A stretch of DNA of 64,000 nucleotides from the NCBI GenBank assembly GCA_965212525.1, contig CBDBVC010000013.1, positions 27,522-91,521 on the forward strand, written 5' to 3'. How positions within the stretch are numbered: the first letter of the stretch is position 1; the number at the start of each line of letters is the position of its first letter. This document shows positions 18,565-28,919 of the stretch, piece by piece. A program made the position numbers and the translations under genes. The notes beneath the pieces were generated by a model. The model was not told the origin of the DNA. It saw only the letters and a program-made list of their open reading frames with translations, and did no database searches. The stretch comes from Lysobacterales bacterium (GTDB lineage Bacteria; Pseudomonadota; Gammaproteobacteria; Xanthomonadales; SZUA-38).

Positions 18565-19554
18565 TTACTCCCGATTCTTTCTGATGTTCTGATTGATCCG
18601 GTCATTGATCAGGCGTGTCACCCAGGAGGGGCCCATCAGCTGATCAATCATGCCACAATGCCCGCCCTGTTCATTGATGATCAGTTGGGTACTTTCCGGC
18701 AAGACCAGTTCGTGAAAATCTTCTACGGGAATCACCGGGTCATCTTCACAGGCCACAATGGTGGCGTCTATTGCCAATTCTGACAGGTAGTCACCCCGGA
18801 TGGCATAGCCAGCGAAATAATCGTCAACTTTGGCAAACTCGGTGTATTCCTTCACCAGATATGCTGTCATATCTTCCAATCGCAAGCCCTTCAGGGGTGC
18901 GTTGACATATTGATCGGGAAACAGCTGTTTCTTCTTCTTGAGTGAACCGCGCCATTTCATCAGGAAATAGGCTTCATAATGCCATGATGCGGATTCAATC
19001 GCCCGCAGGCTCTTTTGCGGATCGATCACGGGGCAGACACCGAAAACATGTTTTACATTGTCCATGTCGTGCTCCAGGTTTCGTGCCACTCGCAAGGCAA
19101 AATTGCCTCCCAGCGAGAAGCCGGCGAGGAATACCGGCAGATGATGGTATTCCCTAATCACCTGGCTCACCACATCGACCACTTCGTCAAGCCTGCAGGA
19201 ATGAAACAGCCCTTCATTGAGATGATGGGTGGCGCCGTGGTCCCTGAAATGCAGCCGGAATATGCTGAGGCCCGATTGCCAGAGGGTGGCCGACAGATCC
19301 AGCAGATAAGTCGAATCAACCGACCCTTCCCAGCCATGAAACAGTATAGCGAGCCCGCGAGCATCCGGATTGAGTGTGAAGTGTCCCTGCAGCCTGGCGC
19401 CGTCCGATGCGGTCAGAATACGCTCGACGGTACATTGCTGAACATCATTGATCCAGCGACGAAACTTGCGCTTGCGCAGGCCTGCACTGGCCAGATACGA
19501 CTGGACGTGCGTATTGCCGAGCAGGCCGGCTGCCCTGAAGGACGGTTCATTCAT
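18565..19554 (-). CDS. YheT-like alpha/beta hydrolase
   Basis: HGWEGS, RDHG, GFSLGGN nucleophile, DDPVIP, GGHCG. Confidence 0.9.
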   Translation of the reverse strand: MNEPSFRAAGLLGNTHVQSYLASAGLRKRKFRRWINDVQQCTVERILTASDGARLQGHFTLNPDARGLAILFHGWEGSVDSTYLLDLSATLWQSGLSIFRLHFRDHGATHHLNEGLFHSCRLDEVVDVVSQVIREYHHLPVFLAGFSLGGNFALRVARNLEHDMDNVKHVFGVCPVIDPQKSLRAIESASWHYEAYFLMKWRGSLKKKKQLFPDQYVNAPLKGLRLEDMTAYLVKEYTEFAKVDDYFAGYAIRGDYLSELAIDATIVACEDDPVIPVEDFHELVLPESTQLIINEQGGHCGMIDQLMGPSWVTRLINDRINQNIRKNRE

Positions 19555-20290
19555 ATTCGGTCATGACCTCGACCACCCGGTCTCGTGCCAGTGAGGCGAT
19601 CTCCCGCCGCCCCTTGTCCACCGGGTTGATGCTTTGCAGCAAATGTACTTCACAATGAACCTTCGGGCCACCCAGAAGGCGGAAAAAATTCCCCACGAAC
19701 GATTCGCCGGGCCTGAAAGCAATGTCTGCTTCCCTGCCCTCACTATCAAGAAACCGGATCGCTACCGGCTGAACCGGTATGGCCAGGTCCTTGGCAGGCT
19801 GAAGCAGCCGGCCGTGAAACGGCAACACCTTGCCGCCATGACCTGCCCTGCCCTCGGCAAATATCGCCACCGCCCGTTTCAGCGACAGGCGCTCGGCAAT
19901 GGCGCTGGTAACCTGGGCCCTGGAATCGTGTGATCCGCGCTGATGGAAGATGGTGCCACCGGCACGTGCCATGTAACCCACCAGAGGCCAGTTGTTGATC
20001 TCGGCCTTGGCAATGAATCCGACGCCGTGTACGGCGTGAATCGCGGCGATATCCAGCCAGGAGACATGGTTGGCCAGCAACACCACGGGATCGGGCTCAA
20101 TCGCACCTCTCTGGTGCATGCGAATGCCGAATACACGCAGCAGGTTTCGTGACCACCAGTTAACCACCCGATGATAGGCAGGCCGGGTCTTGTCGCCGAT
20201 GACTGCAATGCGGATCAGTGTATAACTGAGACCAAAAACCGTATACAGCAGGGCGAAGGGCAAGCGGTACAAATAACGTATGTATCTCAT
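19547..20290 (-). CDS. Lysophospholipid acyltransferase (PlsC family)
   Basis: NHVSWLDI, FIAKAE, FAEG motifs. Confidence 0.92.
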   Translation of the reverse strand: MRYIRYLYRLPFALLYTVFGLSYTLIRIAVIGDKTRPAYHRVVNWWSRNLLRVFGIRMHQRGAIEPDPVVLLANHVSWLDIAAIHAVHGVGFIAKAEINNWPLVGYMARAGGTIFHQRGSHDSRAQVTSAIAERLSLKRAVAIFAEGRAGHGGKVLPFHGRLLQPAKDLAIPVQPVAIRFLDSEGREADIAFRPGESFVGNFFRLLGGPKVHCEVHLLQSINPVDKGRREIASLARDRVVEVMTEYE

Positions 20291-20414
20291 GGATGCATCA
20301 TTATTGTTGTTTTTCTAGAGTCTTCAGCCTATTTTCGCATTCCCTGACTAGCGATTCCACAATGCCATACGCAGATATCGGCCTCTGTTTTCAGGACTGG
20401 GGACATTCGTGGGT

Positions 20415-21413
20415 TCAGCCCAGTCGCTCCAGTTGCTCGTGCAGGCTGGCGACATGGCCCTCGAAGTAACGGGCATCACCGAACCAGGGGAAACTGCGTG
20501 GAAAGGCCGGATCCTGCCAGCGCCTGGCCAGCCAGGCGGCATGATCGAGAATTCTCAAGACTCTCAGCGGTTCGATCAGCGCCAGCTCGGCCGGATCGAA
20601 CAGACAGAAATTCTCATAACCTTCGATCAGCACCTCGAGCTGACGTGACTGTTCATCAGGATCGCCGTCCAGCAGCATCCAGAAATCGTGCACTGCCATG
20701 CCGGTAACACAGTCATCAAGATCGACAAAATGCGGACCGTCATCGGTCCACAGCACATTGCCACGATGACAATCCCCATGGATGGCACCCTGCTGCCAGT
20801 GGTAAGCAGAAAATACTGGCTCGATGCGACCCAGCAACTCGTCAACCAGAGCCGTGTACTGGTCACGGCAGTGATCTGGCATCAACTCGAACTCCGCGAC
20901 GAACCGGCAATTGGCACGAGTGCGGTCAAGATCAAGCAGCCGCTGCCTGTGTTCAAAGTGTACGTTTCTTCCAATCAGGTGCATGCGACCGAGCAATCGG
21001 CCCAGCCAGGCGATATTGTTTTCACTTTCCAGCACAGGTTCCCGACCGCCCTGTCGTGGAAACAGCGCAAAACGGTAGCCGCTGAATTCAAACAGCGTGC
21101 GGCCATCTCGTTCAATCGGTGGCACGACCGGAATATCGGCATCGGCAAGCTCACGCGAGAACCGGTGTTCCTCGATGATTGCCTCATCGGTCCAGCGTCC
21201 CGGTCGGTAGAATTTGGCGACCATGGGCTGATCTTCCTCGATTCCGACCTGATAGACACGATTCTCGTAACTGTTCAGCGCCAGCAGGCGGCCATCGCAC
21301 CAGAATCCAAGCTCCTCGATGGCATCGAGGATCAGATCCGGCGAAAGATCGGCATACGGCAGTTCCTCAGTCCTGATCGACACGCCGCCCTGTTGGTCGC
21401 CTGCGTCGTTCAC
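20415..21413 (-). CDS. srkA: Stress response Ser/Thr kinase SrkA (YihE/RdoA)
   Basis: LNSYENRVY, KFYRPGRW, HGDCHRGN, ARRWQDPAFPRSFPWF. Confidence 0.95.
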   Translation of the reverse strand: MNDAGDQQGGVSIRTEELPYADLSPDLILDAIEELGFWCDGRLLALNSYENRVYQVGIEEDQPMVAKFYRPGRWTDEAIIEEHRFSRELADADIPVVPPIERDGRTLFEFSGYRFALFPRQGGREPVLESENNIAWLGRLLGRMHLIGRNVHFEHRQRLLDLDRTRANCRFVAEFELMPDHCRDQYTALVDELLGRIEPVFSAYHWQQGAIHGDCHRGNVLWTDDGPHFVDLDDCVTGMAVHDFWMLLDGDPDEQSRQLEVLIEGYENFCLFDPAELALIEPLRVLRILDHAAWLARRWQDPAFPRSFPWFGDARYFEGHVASLHEQLERLG

Positions 21414-21850
21414 CGCTCGAGAATTCCGGCGGTCATGCGTGAGATACAGGTTAGCTTGCCTCGCTCGTCAACGATCCTGACCTCCCAGACATGCGTGGTT
21501 CGACCCAGATGAATCGGCCTAGCCGTACCGGTGACGTGGCCGCTGCGAACCGAACGGATGTGGTTGGCATTGATCTCCACACCCACGGCATAGGTCTTGC
21601 TGGTGTCGATCACCATGTTGGCACAGAAGCTGGCCAGGGTTTCTGCCAGCGCCACATTGGCACCGCCATGCAGAATGCCCATGGGCTGATGGGTGCGATG
21701 ATCAACCGGCATGCGGCCGGTCAGGTAATCATCTCCGATTTCGGTGATCTCGATGCTCAGATGTGCCACAAGGGTATTGTCTGTGACGGCCTTGAAGCTG
21801 GATAATGTCGGCTGTTGCCGCCATATCGGTTTTGAATTGGACGTTGACAC
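21410..21850 (-). CDS. Hotdog-fold thioesterase (MenI/EntH/YdiI family)
   Basis: MPVDHRTHQPMGILHGGA..LAET, GVEINANH; GTG start at 21850 preceded by GGAGG. Confidence 0.92.
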   Translation of the reverse strand: MSTSNSKPIWRQQPTLSSFKAVTDNTLVAHLSIEITEIGDDYLTGRMPVDHRTHQPMGILHGGANVALAETLASFCANMVIDTSKTYAVGVEINANHIRSVRSGHVTGTARPIHLGRTTHVWEVRIVDERGKLTCISRMTAGILER

Positions 21851-21975
21851 CAGTTGCCTCCATGATTGGTCAAGCTCGCCTTGCGTGCGTGGCAACGCAA
21901 TGGCAACGTTGACAGTACCATATTTGCATCGCCACAATCGCCTGGCGCACATCAGATCGGGGATCCGAAACAACA

Positions 21976-23070
21976 GTGAATCACAAGATAACCAACCGGG
22001 CTACCGGCAGCATCTTCGAGTCGAATGACGGTGAAGCCATGCTGGACGCAGCCCACCGCCAGGATTTGCATTTCAATTACAGCTGCCTCAATGGCACCTG
22101 TGGTTCGTGCATGGCCGATCTGGTTGAAGGCGTGGTTGATTATCCGAAAATGCCGCCCGATGCGCTCAGTGAGGATGAACAGGCACACCGGAAGATCCTG
22201 CTGTGCCAGGCCGTTGCCTGTAGTGACTGCACCATTATCGCCCGTGAACCGGCGGCACTGAAGGACATCAAGACCACCATCACGGCAGCACGCGTGAGGG
22301 ATATTTCCTTTCCAGATCGGGATGTGGCTCTGATTCATCTGCAACTGCCCAACTCGTCCAGACCCCGGTTTCTGGCCGGGCAGTACATCGAGGTCATACT
22401 CGACAATGGCAAGCGGCGTGCCTTTTCGATTGCCAATGCCCCCGAGATTGATGGCCCGATCGAGCTGCATATCAGACATGTACCGGGTGGCGGTTTCACC
22501 GACTATGTCTTCAACGAACTCAAGCCTGGCCTGGTGGTGCAGATTGAAATACCGCTGGGCACCTTCTTTCTGCGTGAGCAGTCTGCAAGACCCGTCATCT
22601 TTGTTGCCGGTGGTACCGGCTTTGCCCCGATCAAGGCCATCATGGAACACCTGCTGGCACTGCAACAGGACAATGACAGCAAGCGGCAGGTTCATCTGTA
22701 CTGGGGCTCGCAGTCGCGAGCGGGACTCTACATGCATGATGTCGCCACGCACTGGGCAGACCAGAATGAAAACATCGGCTATACACCGGTGATCAGCAAT
22801 GAAGATGTTACGGCAGATCAATACTTCCGAACCGGATTTGTTCACCAGGCCGTGATCGAGGATCATCCTGACCTGTCTAATCACGATGTCTACATGAGCG
22901 GCCCGCCGCCACTGATCGATGCGGCTCGCAAGCTGTTTGCCCGACACGGCCTGCCGCGACGTCATCTGTACTATGATTCGTTCGAGTTTGCCGCCGATAT
23001 CATGGCAATCCGGGCTGCGCACCCGGAACTGGAATCACATTTCATCTACCCGGACGAGCCAGTCGAATGA
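21976..23070 (+). CDS. 2Fe-2S ferredoxin / FAD / NAD(P)H oxidoreductase (CDP-6-deoxy-delta-3,4-glucoseen reductase-like)
   Basis: SCLNGTCGSC...LLCQ, RAFSIA, AGGTGFAP, YMSGPP. Confidence 0.9.
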   Translation: MNHKITNRATGSIFESNDGEAMLDAAHRQDLHFNYSCLNGTCGSCMADLVEGVVDYPKMPPDALSEDEQAHRKILLCQAVACSDCTIIAREPAALKDIKTTITAARVRDISFPDRDVALIHLQLPNSSRPRFLAGQYIEVILDNGKRRAFSIANAPEIDGPIELHIRHVPGGGFTDYVFNELKPGLVVQIEIPLGTFFLREQSARPVIFVAGGTGFAPIKAIMEHLLALQQDNDSKRQVHLYWGSQSRAGLYMHDVATHWADQNENIGYTPVISNEDVTADQYFRTGFVHQAVIEDHPDLSNHDVYMSGPPPLIDAARKLFARHGLPRRHLYYDSFEFAADIMAIRAAHPELESHFIYPDEPVE

Positions 23071-23828
23071 GACTATATGAAGAACAGGTGGAACAGTTTC
23101 ATCAGGATGGTTTCCTGATCCTCAGGCAAGTCATTGACGCCGCACTGGTCTCGCGCCTGCTTGATACAACGCGTAACCATGTCAATGCACGGATTGAACC
23201 ATTCGAACTCGAGGCATCGCTGCCCTACCCGAATTCACCGGACTCGGAAGATTCGCCCGGGGGTGACACCATACGTCGTCTGCTTCAAGCCTTCGACCGT
23301 GATCCAGTTTACCGTGAATGGGCCACCTCACCCGATCTGGTCAGCGTGCTGCACCAGCTGTTCGGCAATGACGCGCTCAGGCTTACCCGTGCTCATCACA
23401 ACTGCATCATGACCAAGCGACCCGAATACTCCTCGGATACCTTATGGCACCGCGATACCCGCTACTGGAATTTCAGTGACAATCACCTCATCAATGCCTG
23501 GCTGCCACTGGTCTCCGAATGCAAGATCAACGGCGGCCTGAAAATCATACCGGGTTCCTGGCAGGTCGAACTGGATGACCGGCAACTGGATGACGAGAAG
23601 TTTCTGCGTTCGGACCTGAATCACAATCGCGTGCTGATAGATGCCGCCGTCCAGGTCGATCTCGACCCGGGCGACCTGCTTCTGTTCCACGCCCGCTCGC
23701 TTCATGCCGCATCCCGCAACCATACCGATACCACCAAATACTCGGTGGTGTTCAGCTACCATGGTAACAGCACCACACCCGTAGCAGACAGCAACAGTGA
23801 ACGGATCGAGGAAATCGCTCTGGACTGA
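23067..23828 (+). CDS. Phytanoyl-CoA dioxygenase (PhyH) family Fe(II)/2OG dioxygenase
   Basis: FHQDGF, WHRD, PGS, GDLLLFH..SLHAASRN; ATGA overlap with the upstream gene. Confidence 0.9.
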   Translation: MRLYEEQVEQFHQDGFLILRQVIDAALVSRLLDTTRNHVNARIEPFELEASLPYPNSPDSEDSPGGDTIRRLLQAFDRDPVYREWATSPDLVSVLHQLFGNDALRLTRAHHNCIMTKRPEYSSDTLWHRDTRYWNFSDNHLINAWLPLVSECKINGGLKIIPGSWQVELDDRQLDDEKFLRSDLNHNRVLIDAAVQVDLDPGDLLLFHARSLHAASRNHTDTTKYSVVFSYHGNSTTPVADSNSERIEEIALD

Positions 23829-23966
23829 AGTGTACAGACCGGGTGCATACAGTGCCCGATGATGACGCTGTTGACAGAAATCGAGATCGCACTGTGATCA
23901 AATCGATCATGTGCGGTCTATTGAGTCGAACTTAAACACAACCGTTTGCATGAGGAAGCTGAGATA

Positions 23967-24437
23967 ATGAAGAAATTTCTACTGTTACTGATCAGTCATG
24001 GTGCAGTCGCCTTTGCCGGCTTTGCTGCAGGAATCTATTTTCTGCCGATTCTGACAGCCCCTGATTCGCCCTCTCAGGCAGCATTATCCGATGTATCGGA
24101 TCAGGCGCGTTACACGGCCGAATTCACTCGCGATCTGGCAGGCAGTGATTTTCTGCACTGGGGCGAGGGTACGGTCTCGATCAGCGACACGGCCGTCGCA
24201 CTGGATGGCAAACTGGCACCCGGACCGGATTACAAGCTCTATCTGTCGCCAACCTTCGTCGAGGACGAAGCCGGCTTTGAAGCCGCACGAGCCTCCATGG
24301 TACAGGTGGGCAATGTCAGCACCTTCGAGAATTTCATGGTGTCGCTGCCTGGCAATGTTGAGCCTTCGGCCTACACCACGGTGATCGTCTGGTGTGAGGC
24401 TTTTGGTGAGTTCATCACCTCAGCGGCCTATCGCTGA
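23967..24437 (+). CDS. DM13 domain-containing protein
   Basis: N-terminal TM; HWGEG, PGPDYKLYLS, VWCEAF. Confidence 0.88.
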   Translation: MKKFLLLLISHGAVAFAGFAAGIYFLPILTAPDSPSQAALSDVSDQARYTAEFTRDLAGSDFLHWGEGTVSISDTAVALDGKLAPGPDYKLYLSPTFVEDEAGFEAARASMVQVGNVSTFENFMVSLPGNVEPSAYTTVIVWCEAFGEFITSAAYR

Positions 24438-24451
24438 TGCTGACAACGATT

Positions 24452-26449
24452 TCATTGCACAAACGGCTTGATGCCCAAGGCAGTGTAGAGCGCGGAAGCG
24501 TCATAACGTTTTCCACCCTTGATGGACCATACCACCCGACGGATTGCTGAAATGTCCTCCAGCGGGTTGCCATCAACCAGGATCAGCTCGGCCTGCTTGC
24601 CGACTTCTATCGACCCGGTTTCATCAGCTGCACCGGCCACTTCAGCCGACTCGATGGTGGCAATTCTGATCACGTCCTCGTTGCTGATCCCGGCCTTGAC
24701 GTAGAGCTCCAGTTCACGGTGCAGGGTAAATCCGGCAATGGCATCTGTCCCGGCCACCAGCTGAACGCCGCTGTGATGCAGCATGCCGATCATGTCGAGC
24801 AGCGCCTGCGCTGAAGCCACATACTGCGTCGCGTTACTGTCATCGATTTCCAGATCCGCGCCGAGAAATCCACGTCTCACATTGGCCGGCATGTGGTCGG
24901 CGACAGCGGCATAGCCCGGATCGATTTCTCCCGCCCGGTTGAGGAACATGCTGTGGAAGATGGTAACCGTCGGATCTACCACGGTACCCTGCTTTCTGAG
25001 CAGGGCAATGAAATCCCTCACGGCATCGGATTCAAGATCGAGTGTAGCGGCCTTTTCACCCACCAGCGTGAAGCGTACCGGCGTGCGTGTATCATCCTCG
25101 GGGCCGGCCAGAAAATTCAGAAACAGCATGTTGATGTGCTGGATTTCATCATAGCCATCCCGCACGGCCTGCTCGGCCGTCATGTAGGACGGAATATGAC
25201 CACTGAGTTTCATGCCGTGGCTATGGATTCGCTCGGCAATCGGCTTGACCCAGTCAGGCGTGATCGACGAGTAGATCTTGATCTGTGGATAGCCCTGCCC
25301 GGCATACCAGTCGACATAACCGAGCGCATCCTCCAGCGTTTCGGCAATATTACCGGTCGGTGCCGAATACTCGCTCTTCTGGTCGATGAAACCGGCCTTG
25401 TAAATGCGTGGCCCGATGACATCGCCCGAGTCAAAGGCCGCGACCACCTTCATCAGGTCATCATGATTGTTGGCCAGATCTCGCACACTGGTGACGCCTG
25501 CGGCCATGTGCAACAATCCCGACCCCATGCCCATATGAGTATGCATGTCCCACAAGCCGGGCATCAGCGTCCTGCCACCCGCATCTATCACCCGGTCTGC
25601 TTCCTGTTTCCTTGCCTTGCGGCCGATGGCGACAATCCTGCCATCTTCGATCAGAACGGCCGATTTCTTCAGCTTGCCCTTGTCCACGTTCAGCAGGTTC
25701 ACGTTGTCGATCAGTGTGGTGCCTGTCAGCGACTCAGTCAGATCTGCAGCCAGTTGCTTGTGAAATTCCTCTGATGCAGCGTCCTGAATCTCCTGCAGCT
25801 GGTCGATTACACCAGCCCAGCCCACGGGGGTCATACCCATCCAGCCGTAGGCCACGGCAAACAGTTCGTTGTCGCTGTCCATCCACAGGTAGTTTGGCGT
25901 AAAACCCATACCGGTTACGGCCATCAGCCGGACTTCGTGCTCTGTCTCACCATTGCTGACGGTAGTTCGTTGCACCTCGCGAACCGTCGCGGTACCCGAA
26001 GGCAGCAGATCGATCATCTGTTCGGGCTGTGCCAGCGCCGAACGCACCAGGATGGCCAGTGTCTCGGGTGTCATGTTGGCGGCCACATAGGCGGCCGGTG
26101 AGCTCACCCTGACTGATCCCGATTCCTCAGCCGATTGCCAGCTCGCGTTCTGCCCGTCCAGGGTATAGACCTCGCCCACGTTCGCACCCATGTAACTGTT
26201 GCCACTGACACGGTATTCGCGCATCAGCCCGTCACTGTTCAGCTGTATCGTTTCGGTAGTCTTCGGGCCACGCCCCCTGTCGTTGAAACCGAACTGGATC
26301 GATATGCTGCCATCATCCTGGCGCGTCACAATCTGTTCACCGGATTTCTTGCCCAGCGTGAGCCAGTCATAACTGATGACGGTTTCGGCATTTGCCATGC
26401 TGCAGATCATCAATACGGCAAGCAGAATGATTGTTATTGATGGTTTCAT
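24452..26449 (-). CDS. Exported amidohydrolase family protein
   Basis: Signal peptide; LMPGLWDMHTH, GVTSVRD, IKIY, AGTD, GSIEVGK. Confidence 0.92.
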   Translation of the reverse strand: MKPSITIILLAVLMICSMANAETVISYDWLTLGKKSGEQIVTRQDDGSISIQFGFNDRGRGPKTTETIQLNSDGLMREYRVSGNSYMGANVGEVYTLDGQNASWQSAEESGSVRVSSPAAYVAANMTPETLAILVRSALAQPEQMIDLLPSGTATVREVQRTTVSNGETEHEVRLMAVTGMGFTPNYLWMDSDNELFAVAYGWMGMTPVGWAGVIDQLQEIQDAASEEFHKQLAADLTESLTGTTLIDNVNLLNVDKGKLKKSAVLIEDGRIVAIGRKARKQEADRVIDAGGRTLMPGLWDMHTHMGMGSGLLHMAAGVTSVRDLANNHDDLMKVVAAFDSGDVIGPRIYKAGFIDQKSEYSAPTGNIAETLEDALGYVDWYAGQGYPQIKIYSSITPDWVKPIAERIHSHGMKLSGHIPSYMTAEQAVRDGYDEIQHINMLFLNFLAGPEDDTRTPVRFTLVGEKAATLDLESDAVRDFIALLRKQGTVVDPTVTIFHSMFLNRAGEIDPGYAAVADHMPANVRRGFLGADLEIDDSNATQYVASAQALLDMIGMLHHSGVQLVAGTDAIAGFTLHRELELYVKAGISNEDVIRIATIESAEVAGAADETGSIEVGKQAELILVDGNPLEDISAIRRVVWSIKGGKRYDASALYTALGIKPFVQ

Positions 26450-26736
26450 GATCGATTTCCTGTACGGGCAATGACCCCTGTCGGGCACTGTGAACTGAAC
26501 ACTGTGCACACTATACCCTTAACCGTGCGATCTGCATCGATCAATTGTCTCCTGCCTGTCCTGTCATCGTGTGCCGATCACATCGTTTCCCGTCAACCAT
26601 CCCGTCATCGGCTCAACCTGCCGCAGAGCAGACGACATCGTTCATGAATCGCTGTCTAATCGACAACCCCGGCCAGACCGGCACTGGCAGGTGACAGCCT
26701 GGCCCGGGCAATCCCGTCAACGGAGTGGAGTAGACC

Positions 26737-28182
26737 ATGATACGAATTTCCCGATTTGCGCTGCTTTTGCTGCTGATTTCCGGCACCGCGATATCATCAA
26801 ACCTGACTCAGCAGAGTGTCGAAAAGGCAACGGAAGTGATTACTGCCGCGGTTGAGGCGTACGGTGGCCAGGACCGACTGCACGGGCTCAACACACTCAT
26901 CATCGAACACGAAACAATCAATGTGGCCGTGAACCAGAGTCGCAAACCCGAGCCACCCTGGGATCGCAATACCAGCAGCGGCATCAGTGCCGTTGATTTC
27001 GAGCATGAAGTGTTCTATACCCGCAACAGCGGCTCTGGTGGTGGCTTCGAAAATGACAATGCCACACTCATCAATGGCGATGACAGCTTCCAGTTCAACT
27101 TCCGGGCCAACACAGCTGCACCAGTAGCCCAGCCCGATTTTGACAATGCGTCCGGCCCGTTCATGCGAGTAACGCCGGCACTGCTGGTCAAACTTGCCAG
27201 TGAACGCGTGCACACGGCACATTATCTGGGAAGCACCACGATTGATGGCAATGCCCACGATGTGATTACCTTCGCCATGGAAGTGGGTCCCGCAATCAGC
27301 CTGTATTTTGATCAGGCCAGCCACCTGCTCAACAAATCGGAGCGTATGTTCGTTCCCTTCGGTCTGGTTGAATACCGATTCACCGATTACGAATCTATCG
27401 ACGGCATCCCGTTCAACAAGACATTCAATCTGTTCGTGAACGGTGACAACAACATGATTCGCACCAACCACATCACACGGGTGAACAGTCCACTCGAGTC
27501 ATTCACCAGCGTGCCAGAAGATCTCAGCCACATACCTGCCATCGAACCCGATCCGCTGACTCGACAACAGATCGCTGACGGCGTCTACCTGATCGGAGGC
27601 AGTGGTACCTATGCCCTGTTCATCGACATGCAGGACTACGTCATTGCAGTAGGGGGCACGGCGGGCATCCCCGATCGTATCGCCTCGTTGCGTGAGGTTG
27701 TCGGCGACAAGCCGGTACGCTACGGCATACTGACTCACCATCACAGTGATCATGTGCTGGGTGTTGCCGCTTATGCGGCCGAAGGTGCCACGGTTGTGGC
27801 GGCACAGGCACATGCTGGCGTGGTTCGCGAAGCCGCAGGAGATGAGCCGCTTAAACTGGAGACAGTCAGCGAACGACGGGTGATTCGCAGTGGTGATCGC
27901 GAGGTACATATCATCGATGTCGGGCCTACCGCACACACCGAGCACCTGCTGGTCACCTACCTGCCAGACGAGGGGATCATCTTCGAGGCTGATCATTTTT
28001 CCATGCCACGTTCAGGTCCCGTACCGCCGGCTGTCACCACCACTCGCAATTTTGCGAATGGCCTCAAGGCCAATGGAATCGAACCCAGGATCATTGCCTC
28101 GGCACACAGCCCGAGGACCGGTTCCATGGCCGATCTTGAAGAAGCCATTCGCAAGGCCCGACAACTGACGTCCATGCGATAA
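26737..28182 (+). CDS. Exported MBL-fold metallo-hydrolase
   Basis: Signal peptide; THHHSDH, AHT, FEAD, SAH. Confidence 0.88.
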   Translation: MIRISRFALLLLLISGTAISSNLTQQSVEKATEVITAAVEAYGGQDRLHGLNTLIIEHETINVAVNQSRKPEPPWDRNTSSGISAVDFEHEVFYTRNSGSGGGFENDNATLINGDDSFQFNFRANTAAPVAQPDFDNASGPFMRVTPALLVKLASERVHTAHYLGSTTIDGNAHDVITFAMEVGPAISLYFDQASHLLNKSERMFVPFGLVEYRFTDYESIDGIPFNKTFNLFVNGDNNMIRTNHITRVNSPLESFTSVPEDLSHIPAIEPDPLTRQQIADGVYLIGGSGTYALFIDMQDYVIAVGGTAGIPDRIASLREVVGDKPVRYGILTHHHSDHVLGVAAYAAEGATVVAAQAHAGVVREAAGDEPLKLETVSERRVIRSGDREVHIIDVGPTAHTEHLLVTYLPDEGIIFEADHFSMPRSGPVPPAVTTTRNFANGLKANGIEPRIIASAHSPRTGSMADLEEAIRKARQLTSMR

Positions 28183-28191
28183 GGTTCCCCC

Positions 28192-28379
28192 GTGTCCGGG
28201 CTCCAGCGTGCCCTTTCCCTGATTGATTGGGGCCCGGACACACCTTTCTGTTCTGCGCCAGAGTTCCAGACCTGGTCAGTCAATCTGCCCTCATCACAGC
28301 AGAACTGGCGTAGGAACCCACTTTGCAGAAACCACCCGGATGCCTCGTTGTTCTCCATTATCCGGGTGGTTTCCTTTTT
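28192..28379 (+). ncRNA. Candidate structured RNA / 3' UTR: three stem-loops ending in a terminator
   Basis: Stems 28192-28241, 28250-28317 and 28328-28373 (14-bp perfect) plus T run. Confidence 0.4.
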
Positions 28380-28446
28380 CTGACTCCAAATCAATCACTC
28401 ATCTATCAATGGTCACCGTTGACAGCGGATTAAGTTTGACTAATAA

Positions 28447-28458
28447 TTGACATATCAA
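28447..28458. promoter_or_regulatory. Putative MarR-type operator
   Basis: Near-palindrome TTGACATATCAA in an AT-rich stretch about 20 bp upstream of the MarR gene. Confidence 0.45.
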
Positions 28459-28478
28459 ATAAATATCAAGTACAAATC

Positions 28479-28919
28479 ATGAACCCTGTCAAGAATACCC
28501 GTTGCATGAATCTGGTGATGGCACTGTCATCACTCCACAGCCATCTGGTCAGACGAGTTGACGGTCGACTCAGTATCCATGGTATCAGTTTCGCTGAATA
28601 CCGTTTACTGACCAGTCTTTACCAGGCACCAAACCGATCCATGCGCCGGGTAGATCTGGCTGCCAGTATCGGCCTGACGGCTTCGGGTGTGACGCGCATG
28701 CTGGCACCGATGATGAAGATTGGTCTGGTTGAAAAAATGAGCAATCCAAGAGATGCCCGGGTGAGCCTGGTCAGACTCTCCGATGCTGGTGAGAAACTCT
28801 ACAGGGATGCCGCGACCAGCTTCGGTGAATGTGCCGAATCACTGCTGCATTCCCTGACCAGCAACCAGCTGGATCAGTTCCTGAAACTGGCCGAATCGCT
28901 GGGCCCGGACAGCCCATAG
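28479..28919 (+). CDS. MarR family transcriptional regulator
   Basis: DLA..IGLTASGVTRML...GLVEK..NPRDARVSLV.L winged-helix pattern. Confidence 0.92.
   Translation: MNPVKNTRCMNLVMALSSLHSHLVRRVDGRLSIHGISFAEYRLLTSLYQAPNRSMRRVDLAASIGLTASGVTRMLAPMMKIGLVEKMSNPRDARVSLVRLSDAGEKLYRDAATSFGECAESLLHSLTSNQLDQFLKLAESLGPDSP

Noticed and set aside
21952-23022. 356-aa minus-strand ORF; similar long antisense ORFs at 35543-36532, 24893-25774, 20688-21512 and 16480-17274
   Set aside because: Each lies opposite a clearly identifiable gene and has no protein-family signal
26555-26615. CTGTCAT and CCGTCAT heptamers between the amidohydrolase and MBL genes
   Set aside because: Not at 11-bp period, so not called a Pho box
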